Shown: positions 8,742-18,804, counted from the stretch's first letter. The stretch is 64,000 nt of DNA from an uncultured Maribellus sp. (GCA_964572085.1 CAZNEV010000017.1:9201-73200); one strand, 5' to 3'. The notes: generated by a model not told the origin, from the letters alone. Translations and numbers: made by a program.

Positions 8742-9605
8742 ATGTTACAAAGAATTGGCTCGACTGTCAAAAATTACTGGAGGCTTATTAAAAGCCTCCA
8801 GACTATATTGCTGCTTTTTACGGGAATCACCGGATTTGTAAGCTCCAGATGCCCCTATACAAGCTGGCAATTGTTTCTGCTGCTTATGCTCAGCCTGTTT
8901 TTAACCATTAGTGGAACTACGGTTTTCAACATGATTTGGGACAGGGATATTGATGCCAGAATGCAACGTACCCAAAAAAGGCCATTGCCCTCAGGAGAGG
9001 TAAACGTGAAGGAGTCGCTCATTTTAGGCCTGTTACTATTGGTAACCGGGCTTGCCCTTTCGTTCTACCTCTCCTTTCTATATGGCATAGTTATTTTTGC
9101 CGGTTTCTTTATCGATTTTGTCATCTATACCATTTGGCTTAAACGCAAAACGGCCTGGTCCATCGTGTGGGGAGGCATCTCGGGTGGCATGCCCATCCTG
9201 GCCGGCAGGGTTCTGGGAATGGGTTCAATAGATACCATCGGCCTTTTGCTTTCGCTGGCCATTGTACTTTGGATACCCACGCACATTATGACCTTTAATA
9301 TCCGCTATTTTAAGGATTATAGTAAGGCTGGTGTACCCACGTTTGCCGAAAAGTACGGATTTCAAAACACCCGAATGATTGTGGCTGCCTCTTCCATTGC
9401 TTCAACACTCGCTTTCGCACTGGGTGCAATCTTGTTAGGCCTTTCATGGGGATTTTTAACCATGCTCTTTTTTATTGCGTTGGCATTTATTATCGTCGCG
9501 GCAGTGGGCATGTACAAGCCCGGCTCTCAAATAAACTTTCATCTTTTTAAGATGGCATCGCTATACATGGTTTTAGTCATGTTCATCATTATTTTAGGAT
9601 CATAA
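8742..9605 (+). CDS. cyoE: Protoheme IX farnesyltransferase (heme O synthase)
   Basis: NMIWDRDIDARMQRTQKRPLPSG, YTIWLKRKT, GG..G..P.L.G, WIPTH, DYSKAGVP. Confidence 0.9.
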   Translation: MLQRIGSTVKNYWRLIKSLQTILLLFTGITGFVSSRCPYTSWQLFLLLMLSLFLTISGTTVFNMIWDRDIDARMQRTQKRPLPSGEVNVKESLILGLLLLVTGLALSFYLSFLYGIVIFAGFFIDFVIYTIWLKRKTAWSIVWGGISGGMPILAGRVLGMGSIDTIGLLLSLAIVLWIPTHIMTFNIRYFKDYSKAGVPTFAEKYGFQNTRMIVAASSIASTLAFALGAILLGLSWGFLTMLFFIALAFIIVAAVGMYKPGSQINFHLFKMASLYMVLVMFIIILGS

Positions 9606-9607
9606 AA

Positions 9608-9654
9608 TCTTACAAAACAAAAAAATAGGATAGTTTTGTAAGAATTCATTTACA
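9608..9654 (+). promoter_or_regulatory. tetR promoter/operator region with an 11-bp inverted repeat
   Basis: TAGTTTTG (9631-9638) overlapping TGTAAGAATTCATTTACA (9637-9654); inverted repeat TCTTACAAAAC (9608-9618) / GTTTTGTAAGA (9633-9643). Confidence 0.5.
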
Positions 9655-9663
9655 TACAGCCTC

Positions 9664-10248
9664 ATGTATAACAAACGACAAAAAGAGATTATGCAGGCCG
9701 CAATGGATATTGCAGGCCAGAAAGGTATGAAAGCACTTACCATTGCCAATATTGCCAGGCGTATTTCACTTACCGACGGAGCTATCTACCGTCATTTTTC
9801 TTCAAAAGATGAAATCATTCGCGGTATTTTAGATACTATTTTTCTGGGAATGACGCAGCGTGTGGGGGAAATTATCACTCAAAATAGCACAGCCTCGTCT
9901 AAACTGAAAAAAATTATAGAATTTGTTTTGCGTGATTTTAAAGAGAACCCGGCACATGAATCTTTTCTGTTTGCCGAAGAATTTATTTTTGGCAACGACT
10001 CGCTCCGTGTTTTTATTTACAACGTATTAAATACCATACAACTCTATATTCAGCAAGTGATTGAACAAGGGCAAGCTCAAAAAGAGTTGACCGCAGCAGT
10101 AGATTCCAAAAATATATCACTTCTTTTTATTGGCACTATCCGTGTGTTGGTGATGAAATGGAAATTGTCCGGGTATCAGTTAGACATTGAAGAAGAAGGA
10201 CGTAATTTTCACCAAACGATGATGACCCTGGTCCGAAATACCAATTAG
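9664..10248 (+). CDS. TetR/AcrR family transcriptional regulator
   Basis: RQKEIMQAA...G...LTIANIARRISLTDGAIYRHFSSKDEI helix-turn-helix. Confidence 0.92.
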   Translation: MYNKRQKEIMQAAMDIAGQKGMKALTIANIARRISLTDGAIYRHFSSKDEIIRGILDTIFLGMTQRVGEIITQNSTASSKLKKIIEFVLRDFKENPAHESFLFAEEFIFGNDSLRVFIYNVLNTIQLYIQQVIEQGQAQKELTAAVDSKNISLLFIGTIRVLVMKWKLSGYQLDIEEEGRNFHQTMMTLVRNTN

Positions 10249-10443
10249 AATACCTTTGGTTTTATGCTTGCGCAACACTTTGATCACACGGTTAAAACCG
10301 TGTGCAAAAAAAGCGGGGAGCGAGGGCTTCGCTCCAAGCAAAACCCTCGCTAAAGCCAAACAATTCTTAGAATTTCTATTGTTTCTCTAAAATTTGAATC
10401 GTAACTTACAACGTTTTTATATAAACCCATTAAATCACCAATT

Positions 10444-10827
10444 ATGTCTATTGATTTTAAAGTAGTGGAAAAAGGCCAGCCCGGCGTTATCGGGGGCGGC
10501 GAAAAAAAGTTCTATGCACAAATCGTGTATGGGAAAGAAGTTAAGGTTGACGAACTGGTAAAGGATATCGAAAAATTCAGCGCTTTGTCTGAAGCCGATA
10601 TCCGCGGCGTAATCATCGCATTGGAAAATGTAGTCCAGGACAAACTGGGGCAGGGCCGGATTGTCAGGCTTGAAAAACTGGGCAGTTTTTATCCGTCCAT
10701 CAGCAGCCGGGGCGAGGTGGATGAAAAGGACGTTTCTGCAAGATCCATCCGGAAAACGGGCGTGAATTACCGGCCCGGCAGCCGTATTTTGGACGCTTTA
10801 AAAACGGCCGGTTTCAACAAAGTGTAA
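10444..10827 (+). CDS. HU-family DNA-binding protein (Bacteroidota histone-like type)
   Basis: SALSEADIRGVI...GRIVRLEKLGSFYPSISS...VNYRPG. Confidence 0.85.
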   Translation: MSIDFKVVEKGQPGVIGGGEKKFYAQIVYGKEVKVDELVKDIEKFSALSEADIRGVIIALENVVQDKLGQGRIVRLEKLGSFYPSISSRGEVDEKDVSARSIRKTGVNYRPGSRILDALKTAGFNKV

Positions 10828-10976
10828 GGCATTGGCCCCGGGGCCGCGAAGCCTCTGTCAAAAACCACGCGTGGTTTTTAATTCTTCCCTATTTCATCTG
10901 GAAAATTCATTATTTTTTCTGACTGACGCAACCCCTTTTTCGTTTTACATGTCCATTAAGTTAAAGACCACACAAT

Positions 10977-11231
10977 ATGAAACGGATAAAACAACTTTTC
11001 TGTTTTTGCTTCAACAAAAAAAGGGTGCACAACCTTTTTAAAGCTTGGCTGTACCTGTTGAGTTTAAGTTTTATGATTTATATCGGGTACACGCGGGAGG
11101 CCAAAGTGCCGGGCAAGGATGTTTTGGAAAAAGATAGGGAGTATAAAAATGCAAAGGATAACCCCCAATACCTTGATTCGGTTTATTTTGCTTTACACAA
11201 CAGGATGTTTGAAAAGGAGGGTGTGGAATAA
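10977..11231 (+). CDS. Small hypothetical single-TM protein
   Basis: 84-aa ORF, ATG after an A-rich leader, one hydrophobic helix. Confidence 0.5.
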   Translation: MKRIKQLFCFCFNKKRVHNLFKAWLYLLSLSFMIYIGYTREAKVPGKDVLEKDREYKNAKDNPQYLDSVYFALHNRMFEKEGVE

Positions 11232-11529
11232 GGCATTGTCACGAAATAACTTAACCATTCAGGCTTGTTCTTTTGCACGCTAACTGCGTTAAAAAGCCTC
11301 GTCATAGCTGTTGCTATGCCTGCGTTTTTTGCCTTGTTATTGCACAAAATAACGTCGCCTGTTTTGTCCAACTTATTTCGTAATAATGCCTAAGATTCGC
11401 AGCTTTACCATAATGTGAAAATGTTATTTGGTGGTTATGGACAGTGACAAATAGGGTTAAAACCGTGTATAAAAGCCATGGAGCCAAGCTTAAATACGGA
11501 GTGGATTCAATAATAGGCAATAAATCAAC

Positions 11530-12840
11530 CTAATCCTTCCCTCGGAACAAATGGACAAATCCATGCGCCCGCCGTTTTTTCCCGTCGCGCCCCATGCCCA
11601 GTACATCGTAATAATAAACTCCCGGGCTGGCGTAACGGTTACCCATTAATCGGCCATCCCAAACCGATTCTGTCAGACTCCCTTCAAAACCGCGAACATC
11701 GCCACTTTCCCAGAAATGGACGCGCTTTCCCCAGCGATTGAAAATGCTTATTTCAATGCTTTTCATTGACCAGAATTTAACCACAAACTCATCGTTCACG
11801 CCATCGCCATTGGGTGAAAAAACATTGGGTGCCGAAATAAATGAAGTATCTACCACGATGTAGTCTTGCAAGTAAAAAGTGTCCACACAGGTATTAAATT
11901 CGGAGGTTTTTTTTGCCACCAGTTTCACCATATATTTACCCGAATTGTTGAAGGTATAAACCGGGGACTGGTCATAGGCTACCACTTCAATACTGTCGAT
12001 TTCGGCTGTGGAACCTTCTGATTCACGTTTTATTTCATCCAAATCGCGGAAGAAAAACCATTCATAAAGACCGGGGTCGGCATTCTGCGAAGTATTCGTA
12101 AAGGTTACGGTTAAAGGTGCCTCTCCGCTAACGGGGTCGGCAGTAAAGGAAGCTTTTGTAACTATCGATTCGTAAGAGACGAGCGATGTGCTTTCGCATG
12201 CAAATTTATCGTAAGCCCGAAAAGTGTAGTCCGTATTTTTTGCAGGAGGGCTGTAAATTTGTGGGCTCAACACGCTTGCTACGTTGGTTTCCCCTTCTTT
12301 CCATTGTACTTTAACGTCTTTAAAAACCTGCAACGGTGCGTTGCTCGACAAATCGTAATAAATCAATTCGGCAGTAGTAAACTCGCCTTCCAATTTAAAC
12401 CAATCGCAATTTGACTCGCCAACGCTTCCGGCACTGGTAAACCAGTTGTTGAAAACCCAGGCACGGCTTACCACCGAATTGGCAGCCTGCGAAATGGTAA
12501 CACGGTAGCACCCGTCAGCCAATCCAGGGATTTCTGAGAACTGGCCTTCAACACTTTCAGAAAAATAAAGCTCGAAGCTACCGTTGTTGTATTTCTCCCA
12601 CAGAAAAGTTTTGCTGCCCTGCCATTCGGTTTGGGCACGTAAAACTGCAATGTTGTCACCCTCGTTGGCTGCACAAAAAACGTAAATGCTGTCGGTTTCG
12701 GCAAAGTCGAGGTAGTTGGTTTTATCGGAACCTGATGCACCCGGAGCTGAAATTTGAGCCCGGCCAAAGGTTGGGAACAATAAAAATAGCGCAATAATTG
12801 TTAGCGATAGCTGTGTAATCCGATTCATAAAAACTTCCAT
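11530..12840 (-). CDS. PKD-domain protein with T9SS type-B (gliding motility-associated) C-terminal domain
   Basis: SGEAPLTVTFTNTS (PKD); PNVFSPNGDGVNDEF...IFNRWGK...WDG...GVYYY. Confidence 0.88.
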   Translation of the reverse strand: MEVFMNRITQLSLTIIALFLLFPTFGRAQISAPGASGSDKTNYLDFAETDSIYVFCAANEGDNIAVLRAQTEWQGSKTFLWEKYNNGSFELYFSESVEGQFSEIPGLADGCYRVTISQAANSVVSRAWVFNNWFTSAGSVGESNCDWFKLEGEFTTAELIYYDLSSNAPLQVFKDVKVQWKEGETNVASVLSPQIYSPPAKNTDYTFRAYDKFACESTSLVSYESIVTKASFTADPVSGEAPLTVTFTNTSQNADPGLYEWFFFRDLDEIKRESEGSTAEIDSIEVVAYDQSPVYTFNNSGKYMVKLVAKKTSEFNTCVDTFYLQDYIVVDTSFISAPNVFSPNGDGVNDEFVVKFWSMKSIEISIFNRWGKRVHFWESGDVRGFEGSLTESVWDGRLMGNRYASPGVYYYDVLGMGRDGKKRRAHGFVHLFRGKD

Positions 12841-13018
12841 TTGAGCTACAATATTAACGTATAATTTTTATTTAATTGTTTGCCCCGCTGCAAAAATAGG
12901 TTTTGTGTGCACAAAATGGGGCTAACTTGAAATTTGTTGATAAAACGGACTGCTAAATGGCCCTTTAACGGGAAACAACTTTTACTTTTGCAGCTTTTAA
13001 TGATTTGAAACAAACACG

Positions 13019-15340
13019 GTGCTTGATTATCTTAAAGATTTAAATAAATTCCAACACGAAGCGGTGATACGTACCGAAGGGCCTTCACTCATAATTGCCG
13101 GTGCCGGTTCAGGTAAAACAAGGGTGTTGACGTATCGCATTGCCCATTTGCTGAAACAAGGAGTACGGCCATCAACCATCCTTTCGCTCACGTTTACCAA
13201 CAAAGCCGCGCGCGAAATGAAAGAACGCATTTCGTCCGTGGTAGGCGAAAACACTGCCCGTTACTTGTGGATGGGTACTTTCCACAGTGTTTTTGCCCGG
13301 ATGCTGCGCACCGAACATGAAATAATCGGCTATCCTTCCAACTTCACCATTTATGATAGTGCCGACAGCAAAAGTTTAATCAAAACCATTATAAAAAGTT
13401 TACAGTTAGACGAAAAAATATACAAACCAGGAACAGTGGCTGCGCGAATATCGAATGCTAAAAACAATCTGCTCACCCCAAATGTGTATGCCAATCACAC
13501 AGAAATCCGCCTGACAGATAAAAATATGCGGATGCCTCTGATTTCTGAAATTTACAAGGAATACGCCAAACGATGTTTTTTATCGGGCGCAATGGATTTC
13601 GATGATTTGCTGATGAAAACCAATCTGCTGTTTCGCGATCATCCCGAAATCCTTGCAAAGTACCAGGAGCGTTTCGATTATATTTTGGTGGACGAATACC
13701 AGGATACAAACTATGCGCAATACCTTATCGTAAAAAAACTTTCGGCTAAAAATAATAATCTCTGTGTGGTGGGCGACGATGCACAAAGCATCTATTCCTT
13801 TCGTGGCGCACGCATCGAGAACATTCTGAATTTCAAAAACGATTATCCGGAACATAAAATATTTAAACTCGAACAGAATTACCGTTCCACGCAAACTATT
13901 GTCAACGCTGCCAACAGCATTATTGCGAAGAACAAACGGCAAATTCAAAAAACAGTATTTTCGGAAAAGAGTCAGGGAAACCCAATTAAGATACTTTCGG
14001 CATTAACCGACAATGAAGAGGGTTTTATGGTGGTTCAGGAAATTGCTGAAACTCAACTGCGCAACCACTACAAAAATTCGGATTACGCTATATTGTACCG
14101 GACCAACGCGCAATCGAGAATTTTCGAGGAGGCCCTGCGGAAGCGGAACATTCCTTATAAAGTATATGGTGGTTTGAGTTTTTATCAGCGCAAAGAAATT
14201 AAAGATTTGCTGGCTTACTTCAGGATGACGGTTAACCCATCCGACAACGAAGCGTTGAAGCGCATCATAAATTACCCCGCCCGCGGAATTGGCGCCACAA
14301 CTTTGGGGAAGTTGGAGGATACCGCCGTCGCTAATGAAACCTCAATTTGGAAGATCATAACCGATTTGGGCGTATCGAACCCGGCGGGCCTCAACCGGGG
14401 AACTGTTAATAAAGTATTGGGGTTTGTACAAATCATTCAGAACTTTCAGTCGCTTGCAAAAGAAAACGATGCCTTTAACACAGCAAAAACTATTGCGGAA
14501 CAAACCGGAATTTTAAAAGAGCTCTACAACGACAAATCACCGGAAGGAGTTAGCCGTCACGATAATATTCAGGAGTTGTTGAACGGGATTCAGGAATTCA
14601 GCATCAATGCTTTGGAAGAAGGCACACCGGATAAATTGGGGAACTATCTCGAAGACGTGGCGCTGTTGACCGATCAGGATAACGAAAAAGAGGAGGATCG
14701 CGACAGGGTTACGCTGATGACCATGCATTCGGCCAAGGGACTGGAGTTTAAAAATGTATTTGTAGTGGGTCTGGAAGAAAACCTTTTCCCCTCGCAACGA
14801 CAAGGCGAAAAAAATACCGAAGAAGCATTAGAAGAAGAGCGCAGGTTATTTTATGTGGCACTTACGCGAGCGGAGGAAAATGCCTGGTTTTCTTATGCCA
14901 ACCAACGTTACCGATGGGGAAATCTTGATTTTTGTAAACCCAGCCGCTTTCTGGAAGAGTTGGACGAACGTTTTTTGGACAGCCATTCCTTGAATGTTTT
15001 TCAGCAATCGGGTAGGAGCTCAAACACCATGCGCCCCGGTGCAAACCAAACCGGTTTTGGGCACCGTGCGGGCGGAATCATCCTAAAAACCCCTGAAGAA
15101 CAAGTTATATTCAACAAAAAATTGGCAGCGTTGCGGCAATCGGGTGGAGGAGATTCGACATTTGAAGGCGATGATCCGCGAAAAATAATTCCCGGGATGG
15201 TTGTGATTCACCAACGCTTCGGTGAAGGAAAAGTGCTGAAAGTGGAAGGAAACATGCCCGATGCCAAAGCGACAATTTTCTTCCACAATGCAGGTCAAAA
15301 ACAATTGTTGTTAAAATTTGCAAAGCTGAAGATCAAATAG
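13019..15340 (+). CDS. uvrD: UvrD/PcrA ATP-dependent DNA helicase
   Basis: AGAGSGKT, TFTNKAA, VDEYQDTN, VGDDAQSIY, LEQNYRST, HSAKGLEF, EERRLFYVALTRA. Confidence 0.95.
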   Translation: MLDYLKDLNKFQHEAVIRTEGPSLIIAGAGSGKTRVLTYRIAHLLKQGVRPSTILSLTFTNKAAREMKERISSVVGENTARYLWMGTFHSVFARMLRTEHEIIGYPSNFTIYDSADSKSLIKTIIKSLQLDEKIYKPGTVAARISNAKNNLLTPNVYANHTEIRLTDKNMRMPLISEIYKEYAKRCFLSGAMDFDDLLMKTNLLFRDHPEILAKYQERFDYILVDEYQDTNYAQYLIVKKLSAKNNNLCVVGDDAQSIYSFRGARIENILNFKNDYPEHKIFKLEQNYRSTQTIVNAANSIIAKNKRQIQKTVFSEKSQGNPIKILSALTDNEEGFMVVQEIAETQLRNHYKNSDYAILYRTNAQSRIFEEALRKRNIPYKVYGGLSFYQRKEIKDLLAYFRMTVNPSDNEALKRIINYPARGIGATTLGKLEDTAVANETSIWKIITDLGVSNPAGLNRGTVNKVLGFVQIIQNFQSLAKENDAFNTAKTIAEQTGILKELYNDKSPEGVSRHDNIQELLNGIQEFSINALEEGTPDKLGNYLEDVALLTDQDNEKEEDRDRVTLMTMHSAKGLEFKNVFVVGLEENLFPSQRQGEKNTEEALEEERRLFYVALTRAEENAWFSYANQRYRWGNLDFCKPSRFLEELDERFLDSHSLNVFQQSGRSSNTMRPGANQTGFGHRAGGIILKTPEEQVIFNKKLAALRQSGGGDSTFEGDDPRKIIPGMVVIHQRFGEGKVLKVEGNMPDAKATIFFHNAGQKQLLLKFAKLKIK

Positions 15341-15466
15341 AGGACGGTTTCAAAGAAAAAATTGTGAATTAGCAGGAAATCATTAGTTTTGCAAAGTCCC
15401 CTTAACTTAAGACCCCGTCTTTATTGCTGAAATTTAGTATCTTATCACTATCAATATCAAAATAGA

Positions 15467-16087
15467 ATGGATTATAATTCGAAACGAAAAAAACTTCCGC
15501 TTCCCGAATATGGAAGAAACATACAACACATGGTGGATTACTTGCTCACCATTGAAGATCGGGAACAACGTACCCAAAATGCCCAGATAGTCATTGACGT
15601 GATGGGAAACCTATATCCTTATTTGCGCGATGTGCCCGAATTTAAACATAAATTATGGGACCATTTGGCCATTATGTCCGACTTTAAGCTGGATATCGAT
15701 TTTCCCTACGAGCCGCCTACGCCCGAAGCCTTGGTTGCAAAACCTAACCGCGTGCCCTATACAAACCACCGTGTGAAGTACAAACACTATGGTTACACCA
15801 TGGAACTGATGATTCGGAAAACCGCGGAGCTGGAAGGCGAAGAAAAAGAGGCCATGATCGAATTGCTGGCCAATCACATGAAAAAGTCGTACCTCGCATG
15901 GAACAAAGATGCTGTGGAAGACGAAAAAATTTTCGCGGATTTCGAGGAGTTGTCGCGTGGAAATGTTGAGATCGATAAAGATTTGCAACTCACAGACACA
16001 AAAACAATTCTTGGAAAACCTAAAAAGAGCAAGAAATCTCAAGGAAAATCACACGGGAAATCTCAGGGCAAATCAAAACGGTACTAA
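15467..16087 (+). CDS. DUF4290 family protein
   Basis: LPEYGRNIQ.MVD, HKLWDHL, ANHMKKSYL.WNKD; upstream of murA. Confidence 0.85.
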   Translation: MDYNSKRKKLPLPEYGRNIQHMVDYLLTIEDREQRTQNAQIVIDVMGNLYPYLRDVPEFKHKLWDHLAIMSDFKLDIDFPYEPPTPEALVAKPNRVPYTNHRVKYKHYGYTMELMIRKTAELEGEEKEAMIELLANHMKKSYLAWNKDAVEDEKIFADFEELSRGNVEIDKDLQLTDTKTILGKPKKSKKSQGKSHGKSQGKSKRY

Positions 16088-16105
16088 TCTTTTTACGCTG
16101 TTCAG

Positions 16106-17410
16106 ATGTCAACTTTCACCATTGAGGGTGGTTTCAAACTATCCGGAAGTATCGAACCACAGGGCGCAAAGAATGAAGCACTTCAAATTATATGTGCCAG
16201 CTTACTGACCGACCGGAATGTGACGGTGGGGAATGTTCCTGAAATCAGCGATGTGCTCCGGTTAATAGAAATCATGGAGAACATCGGAGTTGAAGTAGAG
16301 CGCATCAAGAAAGGCGTTTTTCGCTTCAATGCCGCGCAAGTGAATATCGATTTCCTGAAAAGCCCCGAATATGCCCGGCAAGCTTCAAGCCTACGGGGCT
16401 CCATCATGATCATCGGCCCTTTGTTGACGCGCTTTGGTCAGGGTTTCATTCCTACACCGGGAGGCGACAAAATAGGCCGGCGACGAGTGGATACGCATTT
16501 TATCGGCCTGCAAAAACTTGGTGCAGTATTTCAGTTTGATGCCGAAAAACTTTGGTATTCCGTTTCTGCAAAAAAGCTGAAAGGTGCCTACATGCTGCTT
16601 GATGAAGCATCGGTAACCGGTACTGCCAATATACTAATGGCTGCCGTATTGGCCGAAGGTACCACAACGATTTACAATGCTGCCTGCGAACCTTATTTGC
16701 AGCAACTTTGCAAAATGCTGGTATCCATGGGAGCGAGAATTTCCGGAATCGGCTCTAACCTTCTGACGGTGGAAGGTGTTAATTCACTAAGTGGATGCTC
16801 GCACCGGATTTTGCCCGACATGATTGAAGTGGGAAGCTTTATTGGCCTGGCAGCCATGACGGCCTCGGAAATAACGGTTAAAAATGCAGGGATCGAACAC
16901 CTCGGGATTATACCTGAATCCTTCCGCCAATTGGGAATAAAAGTAGAACAGCACAACGATGATCTGCTTGTGAAAGATACCTCCCACTACCAAATTGAAT
17001 CTTATATTGATGGTTCCATCATGACCATTGCCGATGCACCCTGGCCGGGTTTAACACCCGACCTTTTGAGTGTTTTGCTTGTGGTGGCCACGCAAGCAAA
17101 GGGCAGTGTCTTGATTCATCAAAAAATGTTTGAAAGCCGCTTGTTTTTTGTGGATAAACTCATCGATATGGGAGCACAAATCATTCTCTGCGATCCGCAC
17201 CGTGCAACTGTAATCGGCTTAAACCGTTCCCAATCTTTACGTGCCACTAAAATGACTTCACCGGATATTCGTGCGGGAATTGCGTTGCTTATCGCAGCCA
17301 TGTCGGCAAAAGGCACCAGCACCATTGATAATATTGAGCAAATTGACCGGGGCTACGAAAACATTGACGGTCGACTCAACCAATTAGGAGCAAAAATCTC
17401 ACGATCGTAA
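16106..17410 (+). CDS. murA: UDP-N-acetylglucosamine 1-carboxyvinyltransferase (Asp at the fosfomycin-target Cys position)
   Basis: GAKN, PGGDKIGRR, SVTGT, PDMIE, SPDIRAG, IDRGYE. Confidence 0.95.
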   Translation: MSTFTIEGGFKLSGSIEPQGAKNEALQIICASLLTDRNVTVGNVPEISDVLRLIEIMENIGVEVERIKKGVFRFNAAQVNIDFLKSPEYARQASSLRGSIMIIGPLLTRFGQGFIPTPGGDKIGRRRVDTHFIGLQKLGAVFQFDAEKLWYSVSAKKLKGAYMLLDEASVTGTANILMAAVLAEGTTTIYNAACEPYLQQLCKMLVSMGARISGIGSNLLTVEGVNSLSGCSHRILPDMIEVGSFIGLAAMTASEITVKNAGIEHLGIIPESFRQLGIKVEQHNDDLLVKDTSHYQIESYIDGSIMTIADAPWPGLTPDLLSVLLVVATQAKGSVLIHQKMFESRLFFVDKLIDMGAQIILCDPHRATVIGLNRSQSLRATKMTSPDIRAGIALLIAAMSAKGTSTIDNIEQIDRGYENIDGRLNQLGAKISRS

Positions 17411-17503
17411 CCGGCCTATCATCTCCATTGGTTCGGTTTTTGTAAACCAACAGCAATTTTAAATGTTAAAGGATTTATAAATACAAAAAATAGAATTTTT
17501 AAG

Positions 17504-18019
17504 ATGAAAAACTTAGTATTAGCCTTTTCGTTTTTAGTGATAATGGCTGCATTATCGAATGCACAGCAAATCGGAATTGGAATCGGGAACAAAGCTCCCG
17601 AATTGATTGGTAACTCACCTGAGGGTAAAACCGTGAAATTGAGTGACACAAACGGACGACTGGTACTGCTCGATTTTTGGGCGGCGTGGTGCAGTCCATG
17701 CCGCCGGGAGAATCCGAACCTGGTGAACGCCTACAACAAGTACAAAGACAAAAATTTCACGAACGGCAAAGGGTTTACCGTTTTTGGGGCTTCGCTCGAT
17801 AAAACTGAGGTGGCCTGGAAAAAGGCAATCGCTGACGATCAACTTGCATGGCCATATCAAATCAGCGATTTGCAGGGATGGAACTCAAAACATGCTGCCA
17901 TTTATGGTGTGCGCCAAATTCCCACAAATTTCCTGATTGACGGGAGAGGCGTCATCATCGCCCGTAACTTGCGCGGTCCGGCTTTAGATGCAACCTTGGA
18001 GAAATATTTGAAAAAATAA
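17504..18019 (+). CDS. TlpA-like thiol-disulfide oxidoreductase
   Basis: Signal peptide; LDFWAAWCSPCR; IPTNFLID. Confidence 0.9.
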   Translation: MKNLVLAFSFLVIMAALSNAQQIGIGIGNKAPELIGNSPEGKTVKLSDTNGRLVLLDFWAAWCSPCRRENPNLVNAYNKYKDKNFTNGKGFTVFGASLDKTEVAWKKAIADDQLAWPYQISDLQGWNSKHAAIYGVRQIPTNFLIDGRGVIIARNLRGPALDATLEKYLKK

Positions 18020-18039
18020 ATTCCCGCTGTCAGTCCTTT

Positions 18040-18077
18040 CAAATTGGCACTTGTTATAACAAACAAGTGCCAATTTG
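18040..18077. repeat. Perfect 16-bp inverted repeat between tlpA and grpE (terminator or operator)
   Basis: CAAATTGGCACTTGTT-ataaca-AACAAGTGCCAATTTG. Confidence 0.8.
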
Positions 18078-18180
18078 TCTTTTAAGCAGGCATGGCAAAA
18101 TATTTGAATGGACTACCACCGTAAAGAAAAAACACAAATGACAAGCTATTAACACATTTTGACTTTCAAATTGAGCAAAT

Positions 18181-18804
18181 ATGGCAGATAAAAAAAATAC
18201 TATCGAAAATGAAAATGCTGCTGAAGAAATGCAGGATAACATTGAAGAAACGACATTGAACGAAACAGGGCCCGAAAACCAAGCTGACGAAGAGAATGAA
18301 GAAATTGAAGGGGAAACCGGAAAAGAAAATGAATTGAAAAAGAAAAAACCCGAGGTTCTGTTAGAAGAACTGGCTGAAAAATTCGCCGAACTTATGGATA
18401 AGCATTTACGCTTGCAGGCGGAGTTCGACAATTTTCGACGCCGAACGATGAAGGAAAAAGTAGAGCTGATAAAAGCAGGAGGAGAATCGGTGTTGGTTAA
18501 TATTTTGCCGGTTATCGACGATTTTGAGAGAGCGATTCAGCTTTTGAAAAATGTGCCCGATACCGATGCAGGCAAGCAAGGTACCCAGCTTATTTATGCT
18601 AAATTCGTCGATTTTTTGAAACAAAATAACGTTAAAGAAATTGAAGCACTCAACCAGGATTTTGATGTTGAGCATCACGAAGCGGTATCCACAGTGCCGG
18701 CTCCATCCAAAGAGCTGAAAGGTAAAGTGATAGATGTTATACAAAAAGGCTATCAACTTAACGATAAGGTAATCCGGTTTGCCAAAGTTGTAATCGGAGA
18801 ATAA
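18181..18804 (+). CDS. grpE: Nucleotide exchange factor GrpE
   Basis: LRLQAEFDNFRRRT, LPVIDDFERA, HEAV, QKGYQLNDKVIRFAKVV. Confidence 0.95.
   Translation: MADKKNTIENENAAEEMQDNIEETTLNETGPENQADEENEEIEGETGKENELKKKKPEVLLEELAEKFAELMDKHLRLQAEFDNFRRRTMKEKVELIKAGGESVLVNILPVIDDFERAIQLLKNVPDTDAGKQGTQLIYAKFVDFLKQNNVKEIEALNQDFDVEHHEAVSTVPAPSKELKGKVIDVIQKGYQLNDKVIRFAKVVIGE

Noticed and set aside
16020..16080. Repeated GGAAAATC/KSQG units at the end of DUF4290
   Set aside because: Short low-complexity basic tail with no further structure
16106..17410. MurA with Asp in place of the active-site Cys
   Set aside because: Known natural variant, common in this phylum
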